DNA of 62,443 bases, filler included. It is 5 parts of 5 records of this genome, joined end to end, with 100 filler letters (N's around TTAATTAATTAA, not from the genome) between each part and the next. Parts side by side here need not be neighbours in the genome. Positions count along the whole stretch, not along the records: positions 1 to 31,493 come from SRR16203515_2452; 4 more parts are not named here. One strand, written 5' to 3'. The notes under the pieces were generated by a model. That model was given only the letters and a program-made list of their open reading frames with translations, made no database searches and was not told where the DNA came from. Position 1 is the first letter of the stretch; each line of letters opens with the position of its first letter. Positions 18,815-28,944 of the stretch are shown here, in pieces. A program made the translations under genes and the position numbers.

Positions 18815-21100
18815 TTACACATTAAAGACTTTATTGACGGGTAAATCACGAATTCGTTTACCACTGGCCTTGAATATTGCGTTGGTAATACTCGGTGGTA
18901 CTGGAGGAAGCCCTGGCTCGCCGATGCCGCCTGGTGCTAAGTCTGATTCGACAAGGTGTACAAACATCGGTGGAATTTGTTGCATTCGCGCGACTGGATA
19001 ATCATGGAAATTCGATTCCATAATTTCGCCATTTTCTGTCGTAATCTCACCCATCAAGGCAATGGTTAACCCCATAACCATTGCACCTTCCATTTGTGCT
19101 TTAACGCGATCTGGTGTGACGACAATGCCACAGTCAACCGCAGTATGCATTTCAAGCACAGTGACTTTGTTATTCTCTACCCGCACTTTAGAAGCGGCGG
19201 CGACATAACTGCCAAAACTGCGTAAGAAGCTGATTCCCCAACCTTCATTACTCGGTAGCTTTTCGTCGATATTCGCTTTGTCGCTAACGAGATTGATAAG
19301 GTTTTTAATTCGCTTGGTGCTTATTCTATGGTCTTTTTCATTGACCATGCCGTAGTTAGACCATTTATCAAAACCGTCTTTACGTGGGTCGATAAAGTTG
19401 TCTTTACCTAGTAGATTCAGCCACATTTGACGCGTTGGAATTTTTGCCTTGTCAGCGAGTTCATCAACAAAAGAGCCTAATGCGAATCCGTTATTAATAC
19501 AGGCAACAGAACGAAGCCAACCGGGTCTAACGTATGATTCTACTTCGTGATTTTCACAGCTTAAGTGATCAATGTTAAAGGGTAAATCAGCAAAACCTAA
19601 TGACAATTGGCTATCACTTGGCGTTTTGGTTTTATCATTGAATAACCAGCCTATCGGCGGATAGGCATTGCGGCCAATCCAATAATCGACAGATTTGTCT
19701 TTGTTGATTTGTGCCTTGTGATAATTAGCAGCGATGGAATGATAAAAACCATGTTTTACATCATCTTCACGGCTCCATACTACTTTAACTGGGCGCTTGG
19801 TCGCCTTTGCTAATTCAACGGCTTCTACCACGAAATCCCCCTTGGATTTACGGCCAAAAGCACCGCCCATCAAAGTCACATTGAGGGTCACATTACTGGT
19901 TTTTTCTGGCGGTAAACCGAGTTCGCCAGCCGCTTGTCCTTGAGCCCATTGTGGATTTTGGGTACCAGCCCAAATTTCACATTTGTCACCATCGACAACC
20001 GCAGTTGCTGCTGGTGTTTCCATTGATGCGTGGTGCAAGTACGGCACTGTGTAAGTAGCTTCTAATGCATTTTCATCATAGACATGTTGATAAACATCGC
20101 CACGCTGACGAATAATATTTCCTTTATTTTTAACGGCATTGGCGAGCTCTTTTTTAAAGGTTTCACTGTTGTGATTACCCTTAACACCACGATCCCATTC
20201 AATGATCAGCTTTTTACGTCCTTCAAGCGCCGCCCAAGTATTTGTTGCAACAATAGCAACGCCGCCTAATGGATTCACATTAACAGGAAAACTACGTGGC
20301 TTTAATCGAATAACATCAACTACGCCTGCGACGTTACGCGCTGCTTTGTCATCAAGTGATTTGATTGTTGCGCCAACGACAGGAGGGCGCGTAATGCTAG
20401 CAATCAACATATTAGGGAGTTGAATATCTTGAGCGTATATCGCTTTACCAGCAACGATATTATCAAGATCACTGAGTTTTACATCACGGCCAATGAGTGA
20501 AAAGTCACTGACAGATTTTAGCGAAACCTTGTCAGGCGCTGTGATTTTTGCGGCGATACTCGCTAACTCACCAAAGCTTAACTTTTTGCCATTAGTCGTG
20601 TTAATGACAAATCCGTTGTCGGCATTAACGACTGACTTATCGACAGACCACACATTAGCGGCAGCTTGTTCAAGCATGTGACGAGCAGTAGCGCCAATCG
20701 TTCGGATAGTTTTAAAGTGACTGCGAATCGACGCGGATCCCGCTGTGCCTTGTGAACCGTATTTTTCACGATCGGCAGGGGCTTGAACCACTGTTACATT
20801 ATTCCAATCTGCACACATCTCATCGGCAATTATTTGCGGCACCGAAGTACGGATCCCTTGTCCCATTTCACTGCGATGACAAACAATAGTGATGGCGCCT
20901 GATTTATCTAAACTAACAAAGAAATTGAGTGGCAACTGGCCATCTTTTGCCGATGTTGTCGTTGACGCCGCATTTGATGAGAGCGGAATAGCAACGCCAA
21001 GCACAAAGGCGCTAGAGCCTAATCCAAGTCCTTGAATAAAACGGCGGCGACTGACATTTTCGACATTGTCATCGCGATTGAGCTCAATGGTTGAATTCAT
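18815..21100 (-). CDS. Xanthine oxidase-family molybdopterin subunit (isoquinoline 1-oxidoreductase beta/IorB-like), Tat-exported
   Basis: SRRRFIQ twin-arginine signal; SEMGQG, GGAFGRK, GGIGEPGLPP, GKRIRDLP. Confidence 0.9.
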   Translation of the reverse strand: MNSTIELNRDDNVENVSRRRFIQGLGLGSSAFVLGVAIPLSSNAASTTTSAKDGQLPLNFFVSLDKSGAITIVCHRSEMGQGIRTSVPQIIADEMCADWNNVTVVQAPADREKYGSQGTAGSASIRSHFKTIRTIGATARHMLEQAAANVWSVDKSVVNADNGFVINTTNGKKLSFGELASIAAKITAPDKVSLKSVSDFSLIGRDVKLSDLDNIVAGKAIYAQDIQLPNMLIASITRPPVVGATIKSLDDKAARNVAGVVDVIRLKPRSFPVNVNPLGGVAIVATNTWAALEGRKKLIIEWDRGVKGNHNSETFKKELANAVKNKGNIIRQRGDVYQHVYDENALEATYTVPYLHHASMETPAATAVVDGDKCEIWAGTQNPQWAQGQAAGELGLPPEKTSNVTLNVTLMGGAFGRKSKGDFVVEAVELAKATKRPVKVVWSREDDVKHGFYHSIAANYHKAQINKDKSVDYWIGRNAYPPIGWLFNDKTKTPSDSQLSLGFADLPFNIDHLSCENHEVESYVRPGWLRSVACINNGFALGSFVDELADKAKIPTRQMWLNLLGKDNFIDPRKDGFDKWSNYGMVNEKDHRISTKRIKNLINLVSDKANIDEKLPSNEGWGISFLRSFGSYVAAASKVRVENNKVTVLEMHTAVDCGIVVTPDRVKAQMEGAMVMGLTIALMGEITTENGEIMESNFHDYPVARMQQIPPMFVHLVESDLAPGGIGEPGLPPVPPSITNAIFKASGKRIRDLPVNKVFNV

Positions 21101-21582
21101 GATTGAGCTCCTTGGGTTGTCGCTTCTTGCGCAATCGCGTTACCCGCTTGTTTGATAGCGGCTTTGATTCGTTTATAAGTACCACAGCGGCAAATATTAC
21201 CCTGCATATGTTGATCGATTTGTTCGTCACTTGGTGAATTATTTTGTGCCAGTAACGCAGCAGCACTCATTTGTTGACCACTTTGGCAATAACCACACTG
21301 TGGTACTTTATATTCACGCCATGCGATTTGAACATGATGCTGTGCTGTGTCAGCTAATCCTTCAATCGTTGTGATTTTTTGCTCACCAATGGCGGCAATT
21401 GGCGTGACACATGAGCGAATTGGTTGACCGTTTAAATGGACAGTACAGGCACCACATAAACCTTGGCCACAGCCAAATTTAGTGCCAGTCATTTGTGCTA
21501 TATCGCGTAGGGCGTACAACAAAGGCATTTCTGGTGGGGCATCGATAGCTACGTCGTTATTATTAATATTAAGCGTTATCAT
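21097..21582 (-). CDS. 2Fe-2S subunit (IorA/CoxS-like)
   Basis: GTKFGCGQGLCGACTV, QCGYCQSG, NICRCGTY. Confidence 0.93.
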   Translation of the reverse strand: MITLNINNNDVAIDAPPEMPLLYALRDIAQMTGTKFGCGQGLCGACTVHLNGQPIRSCVTPIAAIGEQKITTIEGLADTAQHHVQIAWREYKVPQCGYCQSGQQMSAAALLAQNNSPSDEQIDQHMQGNICRCGTYKRIKAAIKQAGNAIAQEATTQGAQS

Positions 21583-21609
21583 AGATTTACCTTTCTTTTC
21601 AGAAATTAG

Positions 21610-22191
21610 TTAAAGTTGATTTTGCTGATACATAAAAAGATCTTCATTGGTATCAATATCTTGCTGAGCACAAGGGCAATTTACGGTTACCACATCAGCA
21701 GCGTGTTGTTTGAGAATTTCTTTGGCTCCTTGGTCCCCTTGAAGTTGGGATAAAGGGGGGAAAAAACGTCTTGGAAAGATCGCTGGCACACAGGCGCGAT
21801 CGTTGACACAAGAGGCAATAATGGCATCAGGGTGCTGACGACTTAATTCTGTAAGTTGCCGATAATGTTTTGGTGAAACGGCTACTTGGTCGGCTAGGCA
21901 CACCAGCAAACGACCACTTGATTGTGATAACTCATTAACGGAATCCGCCAGACTGTGCCCCATACCTAATTCCCAGTTTTGACTGATGATTGGGCTGACA
22001 TGTTCCGGCAGTTGCGACATGACGCGACAACTATGGGCGCCAAGTGTTATGTACACGTGGTTGATTGTCGGGCAATCAACTTGATTAATAGTATGGTTCA
22101 CAAGGCTATCGCCGTTGAGATTAGCAAGTTGTTTGATACCGTTAAAACGAGTGCTTTTTCCTGCTGCTAAGATGATGGCGTTAAGTGGCAT
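21610..22191 (-). CDS. mocA: Molybdenum cofactor cytidylyltransferase (MocA-like)
   Basis: LAAGKSTRF..KQL, WELGMGHSL, LQGDQGAK, DIDT; molybdoenzyme operon context. Confidence 0.8.
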   Translation of the reverse strand: MPLNAIILAAGKSTRFNGIKQLANLNGDSLVNHTINQVDCPTINHVYITLGAHSCRVMSQLPEHVSPIISQNWELGMGHSLADSVNELSQSSGRLLVCLADQVAVSPKHYRQLTELSRQHPDAIIASCVNDRACVPAIFPRRFFPPLSQLQGDQGAKEILKQHAADVVTVNCPCAQQDIDTNEDLFMYQQNQL

Positions 22192-23203
22192 GACTTACCT
22201 CGTTATCGCTATGCTCAAAGGTACTTAATGGAGTGGCGCAAGCTTTGGATAAATGCGCTTGAATTTCGCTGACAATGGATAGGGCAATCGTCTCTGGTAA
22301 ATCGCCACCTAGCGCTAATCCAATGGGGTTAGTTAACGGACAGCGCAACGAAATATCGCCTAAGCACCTTTGCTCGAAAACCCGCTCTGTACGATGAGTT
22401 GGGCCTAATAATCCAACATACGTTGCAGGGCTATCTTGGGCTAATTTTATCGCCTGTGCATCGTATTCAATATTATGGTGCATAATGACGATTGCGCTAC
22501 AATTAATCAATGCAGGATGTTTTGTAAGCGATTGATATGATTGATTAATAATCGTATCGACGCTTTTAAATACTGATGGCCGTGCATAGTTACTACGAGC
22601 GTCAATTAGCGTGATATTCCATGCCATTGTTTTCATTAATGAAACTAAGGGTAAGGTATCAATACCACCGCCAAAAATAACAATACTCGGCTTACTTTTT
22701 AGATGACTTGTGAAACATTGGGTTGCTTCATCAAATGAACTGGATTTCTCAAGATTTTTTGTGGTGAATACGCACTGATTAATCGCATTAACATCGTTAA
22801 CAATAAGCTGATAATCTATCGATTGGTTATCAATAAATGCTTGGTGAACAAGGTCCAGATGGTGGTAATCATTGTCATGATTTATTGGCTGAATAAACAC
22901 GCGCACCATGCCGCCACAGCCAATACCAAGCTGCCACGCAATGTCACTTTCATCACTCATGTCATAACAAACAATTTGCGATTGATTGGTCGTCCAACAC
23001 ATGCTTGCTTGACGCTTTAAATCAGCTTCAAGGCATCCACCAGACAACATGCCAAAGCTTTGACCAAGGCTATTGATCATCATGTGCGCGCCGGCTTTAC
23101 GGTACGAAGATCCTTTCGTTTGAACTATGGTCGCTAATACCCAATCCACATCATCTTTCTGCTGGTACCATTGGCTGACAATATCTTGAAATCGATTACT
23201 CAT
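22181..23203 (-). CDS. XdhC/CoxI-family Moco insertion chaperone
   Basis: GSSYRKAGA, LSGGCLE, GIGCGG, YVGLLGP, PETIALSI. Confidence 0.92.
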   Translation of the reverse strand: MSNRFQDIVSQWYQQKDDVDWVLATIVQTKGSSYRKAGAHMMINSLGQSFGMLSGGCLEADLKRQASMCWTTNQSQIVCYDMSDESDIAWQLGIGCGGMVRVFIQPINHDNDYHHLDLVHQAFIDNQSIDYQLIVNDVNAINQCVFTTKNLEKSSSFDEATQCFTSHLKSKPSIVIFGGGIDTLPLVSLMKTMAWNITLIDARSNYARPSVFKSVDTIINQSYQSLTKHPALINCSAIVIMHHNIEYDAQAIKLAQDSPATYVGLLGPTHRTERVFEQRCLGDISLRCPLTNPIGLALGGDLPETIALSIVSEIQAHLSKACATPLSTFEHSDNEVSHAT

Positions 23204-23437
23204 AACTGTCCCTGCTATTATTTTTATTGGGCGCTCAATTTATAGGCAATGTTTGTGCTGGAATCTACTATATGAGTCAACAGCGATAATTGCAATCATT
23301 CCGCCGCTGAGCAATTGTTGCTAAATGTAATCTTTATAGAGTTCGTTATTAAAAGCAGCTAAAGTTCGTAAAGTTTCTATTCAGTTTCAAGTCTCTATAG
23401 TCCGGGAGACTTTATCCTTATAATAAAAAGGTATCTA

Positions 23438-24181
23438 ATGATTAAATTTTTAACCGCAACGACCATGATTTTATCGTCGCTGTTTATAGTGGCTCAGAAT
23501 GCACAAGCGAGTAACTTGCCTGATTTTCCATTTGTTTTAGTGACGGGGGAAGCAAAGACCAAGGTTGCACCTGATATAGCAACTATTCATTTAAACTTAA
23601 TGGCCTATGATAAAGATCCTGAGCAAGCATTATTTACTGTTGGCTTGCGTGGCCGTGAAATAGTAAAGCTATTAAGTGAGCTAGATGTAAAAAAAACCGA
23701 CATCAAATCCTTTAATCTCAATAAACAAATTCAACGTGAGCGCACCAATGGTTATGGCCAAGGCAAGATCTCTGGCTATGAAGTTAACCAGCGTTTTGAA
23801 GTAACCTTGCGTAATATTGAGCATTATTCATTGGTGATGGATAAATTAATTGCGATGAAAAACGTCAATAATGTCACCATCAATTTTGATGTATCTAACC
23901 GTCAATCGTTAACACAGGCCCTTGTGAAAAAAGCAGGTAAAGACGCTAAACAAAAAGCGCAAGACTTAGCGGCAGGATTAGATGCCAAGTTAGGCAATGT
24001 GTTTGCGGCAACGCAAGATAGTAGCTTTAATGAATTTTTTGCACGTTTTGGCTTACGCCAAGAAAACATGGGACGATTCGAAGCTATGAAAATGTCTGAT
24101 CGTGGCGGAAACTACAACATGTTTGCACCAGAAACGATTGAGCTGCGTAAAACTATTAACGTGGTTTACAAACTTAAATAA
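23438..24181 (+). CDS. SIMPL (DUF541) periplasmic protein
   Basis: Signal peptide, VTGEA..KVAPD, AKQKAQDLAAGLDAKLG. Confidence 0.85.
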   Translation: MIKFLTATTMILSSLFIVAQNAQASNLPDFPFVLVTGEAKTKVAPDIATIHLNLMAYDKDPEQALFTVGLRGREIVKLLSELDVKKTDIKSFNLNKQIQRERTNGYGQGKISGYEVNQRFEVTLRNIEHYSLVMDKLIAMKNVNNVTINFDVSNRQSLTQALVKKAGKDAKQKAQDLAAGLDAKLGNVFAATQDSSFNEFFARFGLRQENMGRFEAMKMSDRGGNYNMFAPETIELRKTINVVYKLK

Positions 24182-24206
24182 TTTTAATTGATGAATCATC
24201 AAATTA

Positions 24207-24563
24207 TTAACTTTCTCTATTGCGCTTAATAGTTTGGTGGTTCTCATTTGCCCAATGGACTAATTGTCCGATAGGAACTAATACGCTGCGCCCTAAACCT
24301 GTTAGGTCATAGACAACCTTCGGCGGACTTACATCATACACCGTACGGGAAATGTATCCTTCTTGTTGCAGATCTTTTAAGGTTTTCGTTAATACTTTTT
24401 GTGAAATATCGCCGATGATTCTTTTGAGCTCATTAAATCTGGTGGGTTGTTCATTTAACGCAAATAAAATCAATAAACTCCATTTATCGCCAATTCTATC
24501 GACCACATTTCTAATCGGACAATTCTCTGCATCTCTTTTTTCAACGACCGTTAAATGACTCAC
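24207..24563 (-). CDS. HxlR-family transcriptional regulator
   Basis: CPI...IGDKWSLLIL, RFNEL, ISQKVLT, PPKVVYDLT. Confidence 0.92.
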   Translation of the reverse strand: MSHLTVVEKRDAENCPIRNVVDRIGDKWSLLILFALNEQPTRFNELKRIIGDISQKVLTKTLKDLQQEGYISRTVYDVSPPKVVYDLTGLGRSVLVPIGQLVHWANENHQTIKRNRES

Positions 24564-24656
24564 CGTGTTCTCACTTAGATTTTATGGTTAGTAGTTACCC
24601 TGAGGTACCCAGTTACCTACAAGTGCGTAATTGACTGTAAGTTTCCAAAGGATACC

Positions 24657-25565
24657 ATGGTTACATTAAACCTCAAACAGAGACCAATGATGAAACTTAA
24701 AAAATATACGATGAATACTGCTGCATTAATTATCACAGCGATGATGTTTGGATGCAGTGCTAAATCTGATCTTAATGGGAGCGCTAGTAGCGTAATGGCA
24801 ATGAAAGAAACCGCAATTGAAGCACAAGATGCATTTTTTAAGCACTATGATGCTGAGCAAGTGAAGCACTACTTTAGTCCTTCATACATTCAACATAATC
24901 CACATGTGCCAACGGGCATTGCGCCTGTACTTGGCTTTTTACCTGTTTTAGAAGAAGCTGGGACTACTTATCGAAATCATCGATTACTGGTTGATGGTGA
25001 CTTTGTCATTATGCATAACACCTATCACAACGCTGAGGCATTCGGTGCCAAAAATGTTGTGGCGTTTGATGTTTGGCGTATGGAGAATGGTAAAGTTGCA
25101 GAACATTGGGACGCCATTGCGCCAATTGCGACTGAAACTGCAAGTGGTAGAACTCAGTTTGATGGTCCAACAACAGTGGTCGATATTAACAAGACTCAAG
25201 CTAATAAAAAATTAATTGCGGCGTTTATGGAAGATGTTTTCCTTGGTAAAGCCCCCGAGAAAATTGCGGATTACATCAGTACTGAGCAATATGATCAACA
25301 CAATGTTATGGTGAAAGACGGCTTAGATGGTTTAAATGAAGCATTATCAGCGCTGGCCGCTCAAAACAATATGTTCCAATATCATAAAGTTCACAGAATT
25401 TTGGGTGAAGGTAATTTTGTATTGACGCAAAGTGAAGGATTTTGGAATGGTAAGTCACAAGCATTTTATGACTTATTTCGCTTAGACAACGGAAAAATTG
25501 TAGAGCATTGGGATATTATTCAAGAAATTCCTGCTCAAATGGCGCATGAAAATGGCATGTTTTAA
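24657..25565 (+). CDS. Tandem SnoaL/NTF2-like domain protein, probable lipoprotein (true start probably downstream, 24687-24711)
   Basis: Two repeats of Y.QHN...GD/NFV...D.(W/F)R..NGK..EHWD; MMFGC lipobox-like. Confidence 0.85.
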   Translation: MVTLNLKQRPMMKLKKYTMNTAALIITAMMFGCSAKSDLNGSASSVMAMKETAIEAQDAFFKHYDAEQVKHYFSPSYIQHNPHVPTGIAPVLGFLPVLEEAGTTYRNHRLLVDGDFVIMHNTYHNAEAFGAKNVVAFDVWRMENGKVAEHWDAIAPIATETASGRTQFDGPTTVVDINKTQANKKLIAAFMEDVFLGKAPEKIADYISTEQYDQHNVMVKDGLDGLNEALSALAAQNNMFQYHKVHRILGEGNFVLTQSEGFWNGKSQAFYDLFRLDNGKIVEHWDIIQEIPAQMAHENGMF

Positions 25566-25586
25566 TTAATAATAACTCGCGTGTGA

Positions 25587-25621
25587 AAGCCACATTAGCG
25601 ATGACGTCGTTAATGTGGCTT
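25587..25621. terminator. Long hairpin between convergent genes
   Basis: AAGCCACATTAGCGA-N5-TCGTTAATGTGGCTT. Confidence 0.6.
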
Positions 25622-25627
25622 GTTAGT

Positions 25628-26542
25628 TTAGAAAATGACGCTATACAAAAAACCTGCGCCGATAGCCATTGATAAAATAACGAAAAGAAACGCTGCAATC
25701 ATTTTGTTTTTAAAGATTGATTTTAACAAAATGACTTCCGTCAAACTCGCACCTGCACTTCCGATGATCAAAGCCATTACTGCTCCGAGTCCCATGCCTT
25801 TAGCAGCTAGTGCTGCGCTTAGTGGAATAACAGCTTCGGCGCGGATATATAACGGAATACCAATAACTGCCGCAATCGGGATTGCTAGAGGGTTGTCTTC
25901 ACTAGCAACTTGGGCAACAAACTCTGTTGGCATAAAGCCGTAAATCATTGAGCCTAGCGCAATACCTCCAATAAGATACGGCAATACTTTAACAAAGTCC
26001 GTCCAAGTACTACGCCATATTTTTAACCATTTGCTTTCCGGCTTAACAGCGCCGCCACATCCCGTGCCACAGCCAGTTGATTGTGGCTCGGCATAAGCCT
26101 CTTCTTTAATATATTTTTCAAACCCGAGTTTTTCCAATGCAAAGCCCGCGATGATAGAGACTCCCATCGCCATGACGAAGTAGAACAGGGTGACTTCAAG
26201 TCCGAATGTCACAGCAAAGAGACCGATGATGATCGGATTGAGTAATGGACTGGCGAACAGAAATACCATCATGGTGCCAAATCCCGCTCTAGCCCTTAAC
26301 AGCCCCTTTAAAAAGGGGATGGTTGAACATGAGCAAAACGGTGTTATCGCACCAAGAAAACCGGCAATGATATAGCCTTTACCGTTTTTATCGCTGAGGA
26401 TACGCTGAATTTTTTGCGGCGGTATATACAGTTGTAATACGCCAACTATATAGCTAATGACTAGAAATAAAATGGTGAGTTCTACTGCTAAGAATGCAAA
26501 CATCCCGAGGGTGTTTTCTATCATTTCTTGTGTGATGTTCAT
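25628..26542 (-). CDS. ArsP/DUF318-family permease
   Basis: GAITPFCSCSTIP, FLFASPLLNP, GIPLY, GASLTE; next to ArsR. Confidence 0.88.
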   Translation of the reverse strand: MNITQEMIENTLGMFAFLAVELTILFLVISYIVGVLQLYIPPQKIQRILSDKNGKGYIIAGFLGAITPFCSCSTIPFLKGLLRARAGFGTMMVFLFASPLLNPIIIGLFAVTFGLEVTLFYFVMAMGVSIIAGFALEKLGFEKYIKEEAYAEPQSTGCGTGCGGAVKPESKWLKIWRSTWTDFVKVLPYLIGGIALGSMIYGFMPTEFVAQVASEDNPLAIPIAAVIGIPLYIRAEAVIPLSAALAAKGMGLGAVMALIIGSAGASLTEVILLKSIFKNKMIAAFLFVILSMAIGAGFLYSVIF

Positions 26543-26566
26543 GATTGGATTCCCATTGTTAATTTG

Positions 26567-26654
26567 TATTTCTAAAAATATCGAAATAATGTTGTGTGAA
26601 ATATAATGAGGATCTGTAAAAAGATCAATTCTTATTTCCGTTTTTATGGAAATA
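26567..26654. promoter_or_regulatory. Two palindromic operators TATTTC-N10-GAAATA upstream of the permease
   Basis: Copies at 26567-26588 and 26633-26654 with identical arms and spacing; ArsR gene adjacent. Confidence 0.65.
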
Positions 26655-26705
26655 ACTTGTCAATAATGTGAATTGAACTCTGACTGTACAGTTAAGTTAT
26701 TGATC

Positions 26706-27014
26706 TTAGTTAAGCGGGGATGGCGATTCGATACAACATTCGTCTTGCAAAAAACTGATTACTTGCATAAAACGATCGTATTCAACAACACAATAGAGTG
26801 TGGTTCCTTCACGGCGCTGACGAATGAGAGATGCCGAAGCGAGACTCGATATATGGTGAGATAACGTTGAGTTGGGAATTTGAAGTTCTTTTTGGAGTTG
26901 CCCCACTGCTAATCCTTGAATTCCCGATTTTACCAAGCGTTTAAATATAGTTAATCGAATTGGATGTCCAAGTTCTTTTAGCGCCTTAGCAGTGTTTTCA
27001 ATGCTGGTAGTCAT
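26706..27014 (-). CDS. ArsR/SmtB-family repressor
   Basis: LKELGHPIRLTIF, IPNSTLSHH, QRREG, C-terminal ECC vicinal cysteines. Confidence 0.92.
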   Translation of the reverse strand: MTTSIENTAKALKELGHPIRLTIFKRLVKSGIQGLAVGQLQKELQIPNSTLSHHISSLASASLIRQRREGTTLYCVVEYDRFMQVISFLQDECCIESPSPLN

Positions 27015-27095
27015 GGAAAGTACTCACTTCAAATCATTATTACACTCAGCCACATGGTGTGGCGGGGGCAACGATAATAACAGGTTATAGAGTAC

Positions 27096-28247
27096 TTAAA
27101 AAGTAAATTGCATTAGCAAAAAGTTGCATAACAACACCACAAAAATTAGTTTTAAAATAGATAGCTTTTGTGATTTTAGAGCGAGTAATCCAATTAAGAC
27201 GACGACAAAATCTGACGCATTAATTACAGCGCTGGTAAAAATAGGTTGGTATAGCGCCGCGATTAATAGCCCGACAACGCTAGCATTAATACCGGCAGTA
27301 ATTCCTTTCAATGTTGGATTACTCGATACGGCACTCCAACTAGACTTAAAGCAGGTGAGTAACAAGAACCCTGGTAAAAATATTCCTACAGTTGCTAGGG
27401 TTGCGCCGAGCAGCGGAGCGTCGGTATGTGTGTTGTAGCCAAGGAAAGTGGCTAATGTAAACATTGGACCTGGTACGCCTTGCGCTAGGGCATAACCTGT
27501 TAAAAAGGTGTCGTGACTTAAGGTGTCATTTGTAATGTTTTGTAATAAGGGTAAAACAACATGACCTCCACCATAAACTAAACTTCCCGCCTGAAAGTAG
27601 CTGAAAAAGACACTTAACATATCATGTTCATATGCAATAAAACTTGCACCAAACAAGATGATGGATATTACGAATATTGGTTTGTTAAGACTCAGTGGCG
27701 TACTGCGTTGATTTGAGTCGTTAGATGTTGATAAGAATTTATAACCCAGAGCGCCCGCAATAATAATAGCGATCATCTGAACGGCTATTGATTGGAATAA
27801 CAAAATAGAAATAGCGGTTAGAATACATAAAGCTTGAGTTAGCTTGTTTTTACAAAAATTACTGAACATGCCAAAAACAGCATCTGCAACAACGACCACA
27901 GCTAGTAGTTTTAAGCCATGAATAATATTTTCCAAAACCGAATTGTCGTGAAAAATATTGCCAAAATAAGCAAAAGCAATCATCAGTGCGAACGATGGTA
28001 AGGTAAAACCGATGAAGGCACTCAATCCTCCAAGCCAGCCAGCGCGATGGTAGCCTATTGCAAAACCAACCTGACTCGACCCAGGTCCTGGTAATAAGTG
28101 ACTAATGGCAACAATACTGGCAAATTCTTCTTCAGAGAGCCACTTTAACTGACCAACGAATTGTTTATGAAAATAGCCAATGTGTGCAGCGGGGCCACCA
28201 AAACTCATGAGGCCTAAAATGAAAAACTGTTTTATAACGTCAAACAT
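27096..28247 (-). CDS. chrA: Long-chain chromate efflux transporter
   Basis: SFGGPAAHIG, LPGPGSSQ, YGGGHVVLP, AQGVPGPMF. Confidence 0.92.
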   Translation of the reverse strand: MFDVIKQFFILGLMSFGGPAAHIGYFHKQFVGQLKWLSEEEFASIVAISHLLPGPGSSQVGFAIGYHRAGWLGGLSAFIGFTLPSFALMIAFAYFGNIFHDNSVLENIIHGLKLLAVVVVADAVFGMFSNFCKNKLTQALCILTAISILLFQSIAVQMIAIIIAGALGYKFLSTSNDSNQRSTPLSLNKPIFVISIILFGASFIAYEHDMLSVFFSYFQAGSLVYGGGHVVLPLLQNITNDTLSHDTFLTGYALAQGVPGPMFTLATFLGYNTHTDAPLLGATLATVGIFLPGFLLLTCFKSSWSAVSSNPTLKGITAGINASVVGLLIAALYQPIFTSAVINASDFVVVLIGLLALKSQKLSILKLIFVVLLCNFLLMQFTF

Positions 28248-28302
28248 GATTAATTAAACTTTATCGATATTGGGTAATAATAATTGAGTTGTTAGCGCAA
28301 AA

Positions 28303-28815
28303 CTAACGCTTTTTGCTTTTATCATAAATGTTTAATTTAAACACTGGCTGATTATTCATAAAAGCAACGCCTTCGGCAGCATGGCAGGCCATACAAGCGG
28401 CTTGAGCTTTCTGAAAACCCCGCCATGAAACCGCTATATTCGGATTCTCAAAATCCTTTAAAATTTCTTTCCAATGATCGTTTAGGAATATTAGTTTCGA
28501 ATTCTTTTTTCTTTTTGGGCGCTTCATGTAACCATTCTCAATGGTCTTTTTAATTTTTTTCCATTGATATACCGCTAACTGATGATTGTCATCGACTAAT
28601 GCTTGATGTAATCGTTTGAAGCGTTGCCCAACTTCAAGCATGGGTTGATCGAATCCACGCAGATATTTTTCAAGTTTTTGAAGGCGTTTAGTTTGATCTT
28701 TTTCATCCAACAACCAATGATTACTGACTTTATTTTGTTTTTCGTTATTCGCAGCTTGAGGCATATTAAACATCAAGCCAAGTATTATTAAGGTGACCGT
28801 TATTGCGTATTTCAT
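28303..28815 (-). CDS. Periplasmic monoheme cytochrome c (C-terminal CxxCH, helical-bundle type)
   Basis: Signal peptide; CMACH near the C-terminus. Confidence 0.75.
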   Translation of the reverse strand: MKYAITVTLIILGLMFNMPQAANNEKQNKVSNHWLLDEKDQTKRLQKLEKYLRGFDQPMLEVGQRFKRLHQALVDDNHQLAVYQWKKIKKTIENGYMKRPKRKKNSKLIFLNDHWKEILKDFENPNIAVSWRGFQKAQAACMACHAAEGVAFMNNQPVFKLNIYDKSKKR

Positions 28816-28944
28816 AATAATTTCATGCCCAAAATGAAAGATTAGGGCGAATTTACGCGATCAAATGTCACTAAAATGTGATGCACTTTTTGTACACTAT
28901 CTCAACGCTATCCTCACTATTCAAATTAATTGTGAGGAGGCTAT

